Source: an uncultured Gammaproteobacteria bacterium (GTDB lineage: Bacteria; Patescibacteriota; Microgenomatia; Levybacterales; UBA12049). From it: a DNA stretch of 64,000 nt. The position numbers and the translations under genes were made by a program. The DNA is taken from assembly GCA_964537895.1 (NCBI GenBank), contig CAZIDK010000001.1, positions 134,198 to 198,197 of the forward strand, given 5' to 3'. Numbering within the stretch: the stretch's first letter is position 1; each line of letters opens with the position of its first letter. The notes under the pieces are model-generated. The model did no database searches, was not told where the DNA came from, and was given only the letters and a program-made list of their open reading frames with translations. Positions 30,700 through 40,640 of the stretch are shown in pieces.

Positions 30700-32043
30700 A
30701 TGAAAAATAATTTATTAGCCATTAATCCTTTGGACGGAAGATATATCGATAAAATTTCGGAGCTTTCCGAATTTGTTTCAGAATATGCCTTAATAAAATA
30801 TCGAGTCGAAGTCGAAATAAGATACCTCATTGCACTGTCCGAATTAGGAATTGTAAGGAGTTTAAACAAAGGAGAAAAAGATTTTCTCCTTTCAATTTAT
30901 TTCAAATTTAATATCAATGACGCAGAAAAAATAAAAAAGATCGAACAAGAAACTAGACACGATGTAAAAGCCGTTGAAAAATATTTAAGGCATGCGTTTG
31001 CAAAAAATTCTTTAAAAGATATTTCGGAAATGATTCATTTCGGGCTTACTTCCGAAGATATTAATAATATTGCCTACCGTTTAATGCTAAAAAACGCGAT
31101 TGAGAAAATTATTCTGCCGACAGTCTCCGAAATTCTAAAAGATTTGAACAAAAAAGCAAAAGAATATAAAAAAGTTGTAATTTTAGGCAGAACTCACGGA
31201 CAGAAAGCCGTTCCCACAACTTTTGGTAAAGAATTTGCTGTTTTTGCAACCAGGCTCGAGAAAGAAATAAAACTTTTAGAAAAACAAAAACTAACCGGAA
31301 AATTAAATGGAGCCGTTGGCAACTACAATGCCTTAGATTTCGCTTACCCGGAATTTGACTGGATTAAATTGTCCAAAAACTTTATTTCGTCTTTTAACTT
31401 AGAACCGAACCTAATTACAACCCAGATTAATGCTTTTGAAGATATAATTTCACTTTTTCAAAACTTGCAAAGAATAAACGGAATTTTATTGGATTTTGAC
31501 CAGGATCTGTGGCGCTATATTAGCGACGGATGGATAAAATTGGCTGTAAAAGGAAAAGAGGTCGGCTCTTCCACAATGCCGCAAAAAGTCAACCCGATTG
31601 ATTTTGAAAATTCCGAAGGCAATTTAACTCTGGCAAACGGCTTGATGCAGACAATTAATGATAAATTATATATATCGCGTTTGCAGCGGGATTTATCAAA
31701 CAGCACGATTATTAGAAATTTAGGAACAGTTTTGGGCTATTGTCTTTTGGGATATAAAAGCGCCTTAGCCGGACTTTCAAGGATTGATGTAAATTTAGAA
31801 CAAATTGAAAAAGACCTTGAAGAGGATTGGTCTGTTCTTTCCGAAGGTTTACAGACATATCTTCGTAAAGAGGGCTTTAATGATTCTTATGTTTTCGTAG
31901 CTAAAGCCACAAAAGGAAAAAAATTAGACAAAGAATCCTGGCAAAAACTTATAAACGATCTCCCGATAGGACAAAAAAATAAAGAGGACTTGCTGAAACT
32001 TACTCCCAAAACCTACATAGGCCTTGCGGAAAAATTAGTTTAA
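30700..32043 (+). CDS. purB: adenylosuccinate lyase
   Basis: NPLDGRY, GRTHGQKAVPTTFGKEF and the fumarate-lyase signature SSTMPQKVNP are present. Confidence 0.93.
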   Translation: MKNNLLAINPLDGRYIDKISELSEFVSEYALIKYRVEVEIRYLIALSELGIVRSLNKGEKDFLLSIYFKFNINDAEKIKKIEQETRHDVKAVEKYLRHAFAKNSLKDISEMIHFGLTSEDINNIAYRLMLKNAIEKIILPTVSEILKDLNKKAKEYKKVVILGRTHGQKAVPTTFGKEFAVFATRLEKEIKLLEKQKLTGKLNGAVGNYNALDFAYPEFDWIKLSKNFISSFNLEPNLITTQINAFEDIISLFQNLQRINGILLDFDQDLWRYISDGWIKLAVKGKEVGSSTMPQKVNPIDFENSEGNLTLANGLMQTINDKLYISRLQRDLSNSTIIRNLGTVLGYCLLGYKSALAGLSRIDVNLEQIEKDLEEDWSVLSEGLQTYLRKEGFNDSYVFVAKATKGKKLDKESWQKLINDLPIGQKNKEDLLKLTPKTYIGLAEKLV

Positions 32044-32086
32044 GGCAGTTATTGAACAACTTTTACCTTTCTGTTAGTCTAGTTTT

Positions 32087-33646
32087 ATGCTCGTTAAAGT
32101 TTTGTCCGGAGCGGTCATTGGACTCGACGGAGTCGCAATAGAAGTTGAAGTAGATATTGCCTCCCAGGGCTTACCGTCTTTTACAATTGTAGGACTTCCC
32201 GATAAGGCGGTTGAGGAATCGAAAGAAAGAGTCAGAAGCGCAATTAAAAACTCCAACTTCGACTTTCCCGCCAAAAGAATAACGGTTAATCTTGCCCCGG
32301 CAGATTTACCCAAGGAAGGGCCATCGTATGATTTACCGATTGCATTAGGAATAATACTCGCTTCGGAACAAATCAAAGCGGATATTTCGGATATTCTTTT
32401 TACAGGTGAACTTTCTTTAGACGGAAAATTAAGACACACCAACGGGATTTTGCCCCAAGTTCTTATGGCAAAAGAAAATAAAATAAAAGCAGTTGTTATT
32501 CCGCAGGAAAATGCCTTTGAGGCGGCAATTATAAAAGGCGTTGAAATCTACACGCCTAAGGATTTACTGGTTCTGGCAAAACATTTAACCGAAGAGGTAT
32601 TAATTGAGCCTTTAAAACATACGAATTTAAACCAGTATTTAAAAAACGAGGTTTTTGATTCCGATATGAGCGATATTCAGGGACAGGAACAGGCAAAAAG
32701 AGCTATGGAAATAGCCGCCGCCGGAGGACATAATATCTTATTAAAAGGCCCTCCCGGGGCTGGCAAAACTTTAATTGCGAGGACCCTTCCCTCGATTTTG
32801 CCAAAATTAAGCCTTGACGAAGCTTTGGGAGTTACAAAAATTTACAGCATTTCGGGACTTTTAAACAAAGACACTATTATTACCAAACGGCCCTTCAGAA
32901 CTCCGCACCATACGTCCTCCTATATCGGCTTAATCGGCGGAAGCGCCATACCAAAACCCGGAGAAATTTCTCTTGCCCACCGCGGCGTTTTGTTTTTGGA
33001 TGAATTTCCCGAATTTCCAAGACAGGTTTTGGAAGCTTTAAGGCAACCCATGGAAGACGGTTTTGTCACTATTTCCAGAGCCCAAGGCAGAATAACCTTT
33101 CCTTCCAAATTTATGCTGGTTGCCGCACAAAATCCCTGCCCATGCGGATTTTTGGGAGACAAAACTCACGCCTGCCACTGCACCGCCTCACAAATTTTGC
33201 GCTATCAAAAAAGGGTTTCCGGTCCAATGCTGGATAGAATTGACATTCATTTGGAAGTTCCTGCTGTTAAGGTAGAAAAATTAACCGCAAAAGACGATTC
33301 CAAAAGAGAAACCTCCGTTCAAATTAGAAAACGAGTGCAAAAAGCCAGAGATATTCAATTAAAACGATTTTCCGCCAAAGGCGGATCGTCCTATGGACGA
33401 AAAAATAATATTTCCTCCAATGCCGAAATGACCAATAGAGATATTAAAAAATTCTGCGAATTATCCGAAGAATGTTTATCGCTTTTACGCATGGCTGTAA
33501 GCCGCATGAATTTATCCGCCAGGAGCTATCACCGAATTATTAAACTGGCCAGAACAATTGCGGATTTGGAACAAGAAAAAAATATTAAACCTACGCATAT
33601 CGCCGAGGCGCTGCAATACCGCCCAAAACTCGAACCTATATTTTAA
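32087..33646 (+). CDS. YifB/ComM-family Mg-chelatase-like AAA+ ATPase
   Basis: The N-terminal Lon-like domain is LSGAVIGLDGVAIEVEVDIASQGLPSFTIVGLPDKAVEESKERV. GPPGAGKT Walker A and FLDEFPEF Walker B are present. There is a C-terminal ChlI-like domain. Confidence 0.9.
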   Translation: MLVKVLSGAVIGLDGVAIEVEVDIASQGLPSFTIVGLPDKAVEESKERVRSAIKNSNFDFPAKRITVNLAPADLPKEGPSYDLPIALGIILASEQIKADISDILFTGELSLDGKLRHTNGILPQVLMAKENKIKAVVIPQENAFEAAIIKGVEIYTPKDLLVLAKHLTEEVLIEPLKHTNLNQYLKNEVFDSDMSDIQGQEQAKRAMEIAAAGGHNILLKGPPGAGKTLIARTLPSILPKLSLDEALGVTKIYSISGLLNKDTIITKRPFRTPHHTSSYIGLIGGSAIPKPGEISLAHRGVLFLDEFPEFPRQVLEALRQPMEDGFVTISRAQGRITFPSKFMLVAAQNPCPCGFLGDKTHACHCTASQILRYQKRVSGPMLDRIDIHLEVPAVKVEKLTAKDDSKRETSVQIRKRVQKARDIQLKRFSAKGGSSYGRKNNISSNAEMTNRDIKKFCELSEECLSLLRMAVSRMNLSARSYHRIIKLARTIADLEQEKNIKPTHIAEALQYRPKLEPIF

Positions 33647-33669
33647 CCGCAAAAAATCTTAAAGAGGAG

Positions 33670-34158
33670 TTATTGGAGGATGGGATTATCTTTTACAAAT
33701 TTTATTTGTTTCCATTTTTTCCCAAAACCAAAAACAGAACCCGCATCGGATTTATAAACTGCCCATAGAGCAAGAGCGTAGACTATGTGTTCATCCAAAA
33801 GAGGGTTATGTTCGGAAGGAACCAAAGCAAGCCACATTAGGAAAAAAAGCAAACTTCCGGAATATGTCGCAATTCTAATACCAATCCCTAAAAGAAGCGT
33901 AAGCCCTATCAGCAGTAAGCCTGCCATAAAAAGCAAATCTACGAATTGGTTGCCGGCTATACCTTGAAAATATTGTCCAAACATACCCGTTGCGCCGAAT
34001 TTTAAAAACCCGTAGGTAGGAGATGCTCCAACAAGCCAGGATTTATCAGGAGTCGTAGCAAATCCAAGACCAAAAAGTTTATCAAAAAACGCCCAAAGCA
34101 AAATAAATCCGAGCGCTATGCGAAGAAGAGCCATAACTTGCTGGAAACTTACTTTCAT
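33670..34158 (-). CDS. DoxX-family membrane protein
   Basis: 162 aa with 4 TM helices. LRIALGFILLWAFFDKLFG is DoxX-like. Confidence 0.6.
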   Translation of the reverse strand: MKVSFQQVMALLRIALGFILLWAFFDKLFGLGFATTPDKSWLVGASPTYGFLKFGATGMFGQYFQGIAGNQFVDLLFMAGLLLIGLTLLLGIGIRIATYSGSLLFFLMWLALVPSEHNPLLDEHIVYALALWAVYKSDAGSVFGFGKKWKQIKFVKDNPILQ

Positions 34159-34267
34159 AATTTAACGATATACCCTTAAAAACCTGTTGTCAAACCCAAG
34201 CCTCATGACCGCAGAAGAAGATAGGAAAAGATAGAAAACTTCTCTTAATATAATGTAGAATGAAATA

Positions 34268-36637
34268 ATGAACCGCGGACTAACTTCCCAGGAAGCCGGC
34301 GAAAAATTATTGCAGTTTGGAAAAAACGAAATAGAAGTTAAAAAAAGCTATAATGCTCTTTCAATTTTTTTGTCTCAATTTCCAACACTTATTAACGGAA
34401 TCTTGTTTTTGGCTACAATTTTCTCGTTTTTTATCGGTGAGGTTTTAGACGCGGTACTTATTCTTGCTATTCTCCTTCTTAATGGTGTCGTGGGTTTTAT
34501 CCAAGAGTATAATGCCGAAAAATCTCTTGAAAAACTCAAAAACTATGTCAAACCCATATCTTTAGTAATTAGAAACGGCAAAGAAGAACAAATTCCCACT
34601 TCAGATTTAGTGCCGGGAGACATCGTAGTTTTATCTGAAGGAGACAGGATTCCGGCGGATGGAATACTCCTTCATCATGAAGACTTGGAGATTGACGAAT
34701 CTATCTTAACCGGAGAATCTCTTCCGGTTGCCAAGGAGCAAAATGCAGAGATATTCGGGGGAACCCTTGTTGTAAAAGGAAGAGGTCATTTAACTGTACA
34801 GAAAACAGGCATGAATACAAGCTTTGGTCAAATTGCAAAGACACTGTCCACTGTTTCTGCTGATCGGACTCCTCTTCAAAAGAGACTTGATGTCTTGGGA
34901 AAAGTCTTGTCACTTATTGTAGTTATAGGCGCGATATCGATAATCCCTATCGGTATTCTTCGGGGAAAAGAATTAATTCCTCTTTTGCTTCTTGCTGTCA
35001 GCATTGCTGTTGCCGCAATTCCTCAAAGCCTTCCGACAGTAATTACAATTGCTTTGGCCATTGGGACAAACCGAATGGCAAAGAAAAACGCGATTGTCAG
35101 GAAAATGCAGGCAGTTGAAACACTTGGGTCTATACAAATTCTTCTTGTTGATAAAACCGGAACATTGACCAAGAACTCAATGAGGGTCAGGAAATACTGG
35201 GTAAAAGATAAAAAATTAATTACCCCCCTTCTTCGCGCATGTGTTTTTGGCAACACTGCCTCACTTATACAAAAGGGTTCTCCTGCCTCTTTTGACATAG
35301 TCGGAGATAAGACAGACGGAGCCCTTCTTTTGTGGGCAAAAAGTCAAGTCAAAAACCTAGAGGAGTTAAAGGACGGAGGAACTATCACAGATGAGTTTGT
35401 ATTTGATCCCGATGAGAAAACTATTACAACTGTCTGGGAAGAAAAAGGGGGAAAGTATGTCTTTGTACGGGGAGCGCCCGAAGCTCTACTTGAAGAAAGT
35501 AAATTAAGCGGAGAAGAAAAAATAAAAATAACAAAACTTTATGAAACTCTTGCCTCAGAAGGACTAAGGGTCATAGGATTTGGAATGAAACATGAAAAAC
35601 ATGAAGGACATATAATGCGTGATCATCTTGAAAAAAATCTTGAATTTCTAGGACTTGTGGGTATTTACGATCCGCCTCGTGATGAAGCAAGGCAAGCAGT
35701 CGTTAAGGCACGCAGCGCAGGAATAACTACAATTATGGTTACCGGGGATAATGAAATTACAGCACTCGCAATTGCAAAAGAGGTGGGACTTATTGAAAAA
35801 GATGAAAATGTGGTAACAGGAGAAGATCTTGCGAAATTAAACGATGACGAATTATCAAAGATTATAGAAAATACCCGGGTTTTTGCCCGAATAAGACCAG
35901 AGGACAAACTGCGTCTTGTCTCAATTTTTAAGAAAAAAGGGCTTGTGGTTGGAGTTACAGGAGATGGAGTTAATGATTCTCTTGCTCTTAAAAGAGCCGA
36001 TGTCGGGATTTCGATGGGGCAAACAGGAACTGATGTGGCAAAAGAAGCAAGCGATATCGTACTTACAGATGATAACTTCTCAACCCTTGTTGCTGCAATT
36101 GAAGAAGGACGAATTATTTATCACAATATCTTAAAGGCCATAACATATCTTCTGTCTGGAAATCTTTCGGAGCTTTCCCTTATTATTTTTGCAACCCTTT
36201 TGGGTCTTCCTTCACCTCTTTTACCTACTCAAATTTTATGGATTAACCTTATTACAGATGGTCTTCCGGCACTTGCCTTGGCATCTGACAACAAAGACCC
36301 CGATCTTATTAGAGACAAGCCACGAGATCCCAAAACTCCTATTCTTACCAGGGAGAGATTAATATTTATCGGAGTCGTAGGCTTTTCCCTATCCGCTGGT
36401 CTTCTTTTCCTATTTTTCTTTCTTCTTTCTCTTGGAAAATCTGAAGTTTTTGCAAGAACTGTAATTTTTAATGCATTAATTTTTTCTCATATGATGCTTG
36501 CGTTCTTAGTAAGGGGAGGTTCTATTTTTAAATTCAATAAGGTTCTTTTTGCTACGGTTTTTATAACTATTATTTTGCAGATAATAATTACAACCGTTCC
36601 TTTTTTCCAAAACATTTTTAAATTAGGCTTTGAGTAA
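34268..36637 (+). CDS. P-type cation-transporting ATPase (type II, Ca2+/Mg2+-like)
   Basis: TGES, DKTGTLT (phosphorylation site), TGDN, GDGVNDSLALKRADVGISMG and 10 TM segments are present. Confidence 0.92.
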   Translation: MNRGLTSQEAGEKLLQFGKNEIEVKKSYNALSIFLSQFPTLINGILFLATIFSFFIGEVLDAVLILAILLLNGVVGFIQEYNAEKSLEKLKNYVKPISLVIRNGKEEQIPTSDLVPGDIVVLSEGDRIPADGILLHHEDLEIDESILTGESLPVAKEQNAEIFGGTLVVKGRGHLTVQKTGMNTSFGQIAKTLSTVSADRTPLQKRLDVLGKVLSLIVVIGAISIIPIGILRGKELIPLLLLAVSIAVAAIPQSLPTVITIALAIGTNRMAKKNAIVRKMQAVETLGSIQILLVDKTGTLTKNSMRVRKYWVKDKKLITPLLRACVFGNTASLIQKGSPASFDIVGDKTDGALLLWAKSQVKNLEELKDGGTITDEFVFDPDEKTITTVWEEKGGKYVFVRGAPEALLEESKLSGEEKIKITKLYETLASEGLRVIGFGMKHEKHEGHIMRDHLEKNLEFLGLVGIYDPPRDEARQAVVKARSAGITTIMVTGDNEITALAIAKEVGLIEKDENVVTGEDLAKLNDDELSKIIENTRVFARIRPEDKLRLVSIFKKKGLVVGVTGDGVNDSLALKRADVGISMGQTGTDVAKEASDIVLTDDNFSTLVAAIEEGRIIYHNILKAITYLLSGNLSELSLIIFATLLGLPSPLLPTQILWINLITDGLPALALASDNKDPDLIRDKPRDPKTPILTRERLIFIGVVGFSLSAGLLFLFFFLLSLGKSEVFARTVIFNALIFSHMMLAFLVRGGSIFKFNKVLFATVFITIILQIIITTVPFFQNIFKLGFE

Positions 36638-36639
36638 AA

Positions 36640-37347
36640 GTGTATAATCTTCATATGGAAAACGTAAATGATGTTAAATGGCTGAAGCCAAGTTTGACTT
36701 GGCTGGGACACGCAAGTTTTTCTTTTGTTGATGAAAAAGGCAACAGGGTTTATTACGTTGACCCCTTCAGTTTGCCTACCTCGAATGGCTTGCCGAAGGG
36801 CGATTTAATCTTTATCACCCACGCTCACTCCGATCACTTTTCCCAAACAGATATTCAAAAAATAATAAAAGACGATACGGTAATCATTGCTCCGCCTGAT
36901 ATTTTGGAAAAAGTGGATATTTCCCAAAACAGAAAATTAGGGGTTGAACCCCTAAAAGACTACGAAATTAAAGGTTTTAAATTCAGCACAATTCCCGCTT
37001 ATAATAATCATCCGCAGAAGCTTAACTTTCATCCAAAAAGCAATAATTGGGTGGGATATATTTTTAATTTGAATGATAAAAAAATCTATCATGCGGGCGA
37101 TACGGATTTTATAGAAGACATGAGGCGCTTGAAAAGCTTGAATTTGGATGTTGCCATGCTTCCGATGGGCGGAACCTACACAATGGATGTGACAGAAGCA
37201 GCGGCAGCAGCCAATGCAATTTGTGCCAAAATAACAATTCCCATGCATTATAAAAGTTTATTAAGAGAAAAGTCCGGAGACGCGGAGGAAAAATTTAAAG
37301 CCTTAGTCACAAATTCCAAAGTGGTCATCCTCAAAGAGCTGACATAA
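36640..37347 (+). CDS. MBL-fold metallo-hydrolase
   Basis: ITHAHSDHF (the HxHxDH motif) and downstream His/Asp ligands are present. Confidence 0.8.
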   Translation: MYNLHMENVNDVKWLKPSLTWLGHASFSFVDEKGNRVYYVDPFSLPTSNGLPKGDLIFITHAHSDHFSQTDIQKIIKDDTVIIAPPDILEKVDISQNRKLGVEPLKDYEIKGFKFSTIPAYNNHPQKLNFHPKSNNWVGYIFNLNDKKIYHAGDTDFIEDMRRLKSLNLDVAMLPMGGTYTMDVTEAAAAANAICAKITIPMHYKSLLREKSGDAEEKFKALVTNSKVVILKELT

Positions 37348-37351
37348 GGAT

Positions 37352-37521
37352 TTAAGATTTAGTGCTTCTTTTTGTTTTTCTAATTGATATCATATGCCTA
37401 ATAGTGCTCGAATTTATCTTTAGAATGTTGGCAATCTCTTCGGAGTTAGCGCCGTTTATGACAAGCTGAAGTATTAATAGTTTTTTAATGTCTTCCAAGA
37501 GTTGCTGTGTTTTCTTGTCCA
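37352..37521 (-). CDS. small helix-turn-helix DNA-binding protein (56 aa; not in the supplied ORF track)
   Basis: Hand translation of the minus strand gives MDKKTQQLLEDIKKLLILQLVINGANSEEIANILKINSSTIRHMISIRKTKRSTKS. SEEIANILKINSSTIRHMI is a classic HTH. A 20-bp palindrome lies about 90 bp upstream. Confidence 0.35.
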
Positions 37522-37613
37522 TAGCGCTGCTCTCTTTCTTAATTTTCGTTATACGCTTTTACGCCTTGGAAGTCAAATTAAATTCGTAAATTACTATGCG
37601 TGTTAATTACCAG

Positions 37614-37633
37614 TATACTTGTATACAAGTATA
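37614..37633. promoter_or_regulatory. perfect 20-bp palindrome TATACTTGTATACAAGTATA (candidate operator)
   Basis: The sequence is exactly self-complementary. It lies in the AT-rich spacer between the HNH gene 3' end and the small HTH gene 5' end. Confidence 0.5.
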
Positions 37634-37757
37634 TTAGTAATATCCCGACAGGGAAAATATCTAAACATGAGATGAAAATTATCACTTTCGGAAATTTCTC
37701 AGCGGGTTGAGCGAAGTGAAATCGTGAGCGTAATCGAACCGCTAAGAAGTCAAATTA

Positions 37758-38456
37758 TTATTCAATCTTATCTGATTTTTGAAGGTTGTGTTTCATGCAT
37801 AAAAGCCTGACATTTTTTGCCGTAAGACTTGTTCCACCTTTTGAAAAAGGCAATTCATGGTCAAAATGCAAATTTTTCGTTTCGCTACAAATAACACACT
37901 TCCCCTTATCTCTTTTCCAAACTTCTTTTTTTACTTCTGTTGGAACTAATCTTGTATGTAAAATTTCTTTTTGTAAGCTACCGTCAACTTGTTGATTTTC
38001 TGACAAACGAAGAATAAATCTAAATACACCTCTACCGTCTTCAAAAACTATCTTGTAGTCTACAAGATCAAAAAAACCTTTTAAAGACCAGACGCCAGGC
38101 ATTATTTTTTCGTATACTTTTACAACTTCCGGATTATTTCCATTTTCCTTAAACTCTTTGACAGCTTCGATGAATAAGCCATTTTGGGTTAATTTTCCAG
38201 AAGGAAGTTTATCGGGTTGGTCTTCATATTTTGGATTATGAGTATAAGATCTTTTGGAAACATCGTGCCCTTCGTATTCTATTGTAATTCCGTCTTCGTA
38301 AACTCTATCCTTGTACGGCGCGTTTGATCTTTGCGACATTAAAATAACAGAGTAAGAACTCCCTAGATGAAAATTCATCCCGCGCTGAAGAGCTTGGGCG
38401 TTTTCTGTGTCGCACATTTCTCTATAGCTGAGGATATCATCTCGAATTTTGTTCAT
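37758..38456 (-). CDS. HNH endonuclease with N-terminal SRA-like (modified-cytosine-binding-like) domain; candidate type IV restriction enzyme
   Basis: The C-terminus CVICSETKNLHFDHELPFSKGG...NVRLLCMKHNLQKSD is the HNH (C..C...H-x-DH...N...H) motif. The N-terminal segment YSVILMSQRSNAPYKDRVYEDGITIEYEGHD resembles the SRA signature S-I-V-L-S-G-G-Y-x-D-D-x-D-x-G-x-x-x-x-Y-T-G. Confidence 0.5.
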   Translation of the reverse strand: MNKIRDDILSYREMCDTENAQALQRGMNFHLGSSYSVILMSQRSNAPYKDRVYEDGITIEYEGHDVSKRSYTHNPKYEDQPDKLPSGKLTQNGLFIEAVKEFKENGNNPEVVKVYEKIMPGVWSLKGFFDLVDYKIVFEDGRGVFRFILRLSENQQVDGSLQKEILHTRLVPTEVKKEVWKRDKGKCVICSETKNLHFDHELPFSKGGTSLTAKNVRLLCMKHNLQKSDKIE

Positions 38457-38583
38457 ATTGAATCGGATCCTAGCACTTTGTAGATGTTTTGGGAAGGATA
38501 GGGTTATGTAAGCTTACTGCTTTATATTTCTTTTCTTGCATAATATTGTATAATGGACTACTATAATTAATAAGGAGAAAAAT

Positions 38584-39078
38584 ATGGCTAACATTAGCTT
38601 CAATAAAGAAAAATATAAAGCCGCTTTACTCTATATATCTAACTCCTTAAAGGGAATAGAAGGAAAGAAAAAAGCATATAAGTTGTTCTATTTTTTAGAT
38701 TTCGATTTTTTCGAGGCATACGGCAAATCTTTTACAGGCGATACATATAAAGCACTAGAAATGGGGCCTGCTCCAATATATTTTGATAGTATAGTTCAGG
38801 AACTTATTGACGAGGGTAAAATAGAAATCAAGAAAGTACGAAAATCTCCAACCCATGAGAATGATACTGTTATCTTCAAGCCTCTGACAAATACTGATTA
38901 CAGCTTCACAAAGGAAGAAAAAAGTATGCTTGATAGAATAATTGAATTATATGGTAATCAAACAGGCACGAATCTTGAAAAACTATCTCATGCTGAAGCG
39001 CCATATAACGCCGTTGATCTCTATCAAATAATACCCTACGAATATAGTATTTATAGAGACACTCCGAATTTAGCTTAA
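38584..39078 (+). CDS. Panacea/DUF4065 (SocA-like) antitoxin-domain protein
   Basis: KAYKLFYFLDFDFFEAYGKSFTGDTYKALEMGPAPIYFDSIVQEL matches the DUF4065 core (KLqKLlY.aDf....g.s.TGd.y.a...GPV...vyd.l). A sigma70-like -10 TATAAT and an AAGGAG RBS lie upstream. Confidence 0.6.
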   Translation: MANISFNKEKYKAALLYISNSLKGIEGKKKAYKLFYFLDFDFFEAYGKSFTGDTYKALEMGPAPIYFDSIVQELIDEGKIEIKKVRKSPTHENDTVIFKPLTNTDYSFTKEEKSMLDRIIELYGNQTGTNLEKLSHAEAPYNAVDLYQIIPYEYSIYRDTPNLA

Positions 39079-39085
39079 TCACATT

Positions 39086-39505
39086 ATGCATGATTCTTCT
39101 TCTCCCTGTTGCTTTGTTCATCACCCTAGCTTCATAAAAGAATTAGAAGAATTTGTAGGAAAACATGGATCTCAAGATACGTCAGCCGATGAAACAATTA
39201 ACAATATCCAAAGACTACTCTTTACGCATTTTTATAATAAAAATCCAATGTTTACACCAAAACATCTAGGACAAGCTCAGGGATTCAGTGCTTTTACGAT
39301 TTTCTGGCTCCATATGGTTATACCGAATTGCGTTCTATCCAGAACCCAACTCCCAAAAGCATATTTTTATAAAACTGATGGACATATTAGCTTTTTATGT
39401 CTTGATTCTCATATACAAGATTATAAAGACTCAAAGCTAAGGTCAGTTGCAGCAGAACGACTCCAGGAAATGATTGAGCTTCTTAAAACACATGAAAATC
39501 CTTAG
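39086..39505 (+). CDS. hypothetical protein, candidate toxin/effector partner of the Panacea-domain gene
   Basis: 139 aa, starting 8 nt after the upstream gene, with no recognisable family motif. The pairing is inferred from the tandem arrangement typical of PanA-PanT modules. Confidence 0.3.
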   Translation: MHDSSSPCCFVHHPSFIKELEEFVGKHGSQDTSADETINNIQRLLFTHFYNKNPMFTPKHLGQAQGFSAFTIFWLHMVIPNCVLSRTQLPKAYFYKTDGHISFLCLDSHIQDYKDSKLRSVAAERLQEMIELLKTHENP

Positions 39506-39536
39506 ATAAAAAGCACGGACCCCACATAGGTAAATT

Positions 39537-40568
39537 TTATATCAGTTTTTCTTGCTTGGACTGCTTTGGAAGAGCTATTTTGAGATGTTGATAAGCTGCA
39601 GGGGTGGCGACGCGACCCCTGGTTGTTTTTTTAAGAAAGCCAATTTGCAATAAATACGGCTCTACCACCTCTTCTATTGTGCCGATATCTTCACTTATTG
39701 TTGAGGCAATTGTTTCTACTCCCACCGGCCCGCCGCTATGTTTTTCAATAATAGCTTTTAAGTACCTAACGTCTGACGAATCAAGCCCAACTTCATCAAC
39801 CTCTAGCATATCCAATGCCTCTTTGATAAGATTTTTTGTCAGTTTTCCATCGCTTTTTACCTGCACAAAATCCCTGGCTCTTTTTAAAAGTTTAAGCGCG
39901 ATTCTAGGCGTTCCCCTGGCTCTTTTGGCAATTTCTAAAACCGAATCTCTATCTATCGGAACTTTTAATTTTGCCGCCGCTTTTTCAATAATTTCTTCCA
40001 AATCTTTGGGATCGTAAAAAGAAAGCCTATGCACAACTCCAAATCTATCCCTAAGAGGCGCCGATAAAAGACCTATCCTTGTTGTTGCGCCGATTATTGT
40101 AAATTGAGGCAAATCCAAACGCAAAGTCCGGGCAGAAGGCCCTTTGCCAATGATTATATCCAAAGCATAATCTTCCATTGCCGGATACAAAGTTTCCTCA
40201 ACCACTTTATTTAATCTGTGAATCTCATCGATAAACAAAATATCCCCTTTTTCCAGATTGGTTAAGATTGAAGCCAAATCCCCTGCTCTTTCAATGGCCG
40301 GACCGGAAGTAACCCGAATATTGCTACCCATTTCTTTGGCTATAAGATGCGAAAGGGTGGTTTTACCTAAACCAGGAGGCCCGTACAAAAGAATATGTTC
40401 GATTGCTTCGTGCCGGTTTTTTGCAGCGGTTATACCGATTCTTATAGATTCTTTAACTTTTTTTTGTCCGTAAAACTCTTTCCAGTCTTTTGCCCGTAAA
40501 GAAGTGAAAAGTACCTCCTCCTCGGGAGTCTCCTCTTCGATTTTTTCTTTATCTATTTTTTTTATCAT
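39537..40568 (-). CDS. ruvB: Holliday junction branch migration ATPase RuvB
   Basis: [13 protein letters not shown] Walker [11 protein letters not shown] Walker B, sensor motifs and the C-terminal winged helix are present. Confidence 0.95.
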   Translation of the reverse strand: MIKKIDKEKIEEETPEEEVLFTSLRAKDWKEFYGQKKVKESIRIGITAAKNRHEAIEHILLYGPPGLGKTTLSHLIAKEMGSNIRVTSGPAIERAGDLASILTNLEKGDILFIDEIHRLNKVVEETLYPAMEDYALDIIIGKGPSARTLRLDLPQFTIIGATTRIGLLSAPLRDRFGVVHRLSFYDPKDLEEIIEKAAAKLKVPIDRDSVLEIAKRARGTPRIALKLLKRARDFVQVKSDGKLTKNLIKEALDMLEVDEVGLDSSDVRYLKAIIEKHSGGPVGVETIASTISEDIGTIEEVVEPYLLQIGFLKKTTRGRVATPAAYQHLKIALPKQSKQEKLI

Positions 40569-40574
40569 ATTTAT

Positions 40575-40640
40575 TTAGCTACTAGCCATTAGCCTCTAGC
40601 ATCTAGCCATTAGTTAACTAGTTGCTAGTTGCTCGTTGCT
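40575..40640. repeat. CTAG-rich intergenic repeat with ttgctag/ttgctcg heptad tandem (ruvB-ruvA spacer)
   Basis: gctaCTAGccattagcctCTAGcatCTAGccattagttaaCTAGttgCTAGttgctcgttgCTAGttgctcg. It shares the 25-nt core tagccattagttaactagttgctag with 41232..41290. Confidence 0.7.

Noticed and set aside
36487-37248. Minus-strand ORFs 36487..36711 and 36952..37248 and other small antisense ORFs listed in the track.
   Set aside because: They are fully contained antisense within the well-supported P-type ATPase and MBL-hydrolase CDSs, and have no motifs or independent signals.
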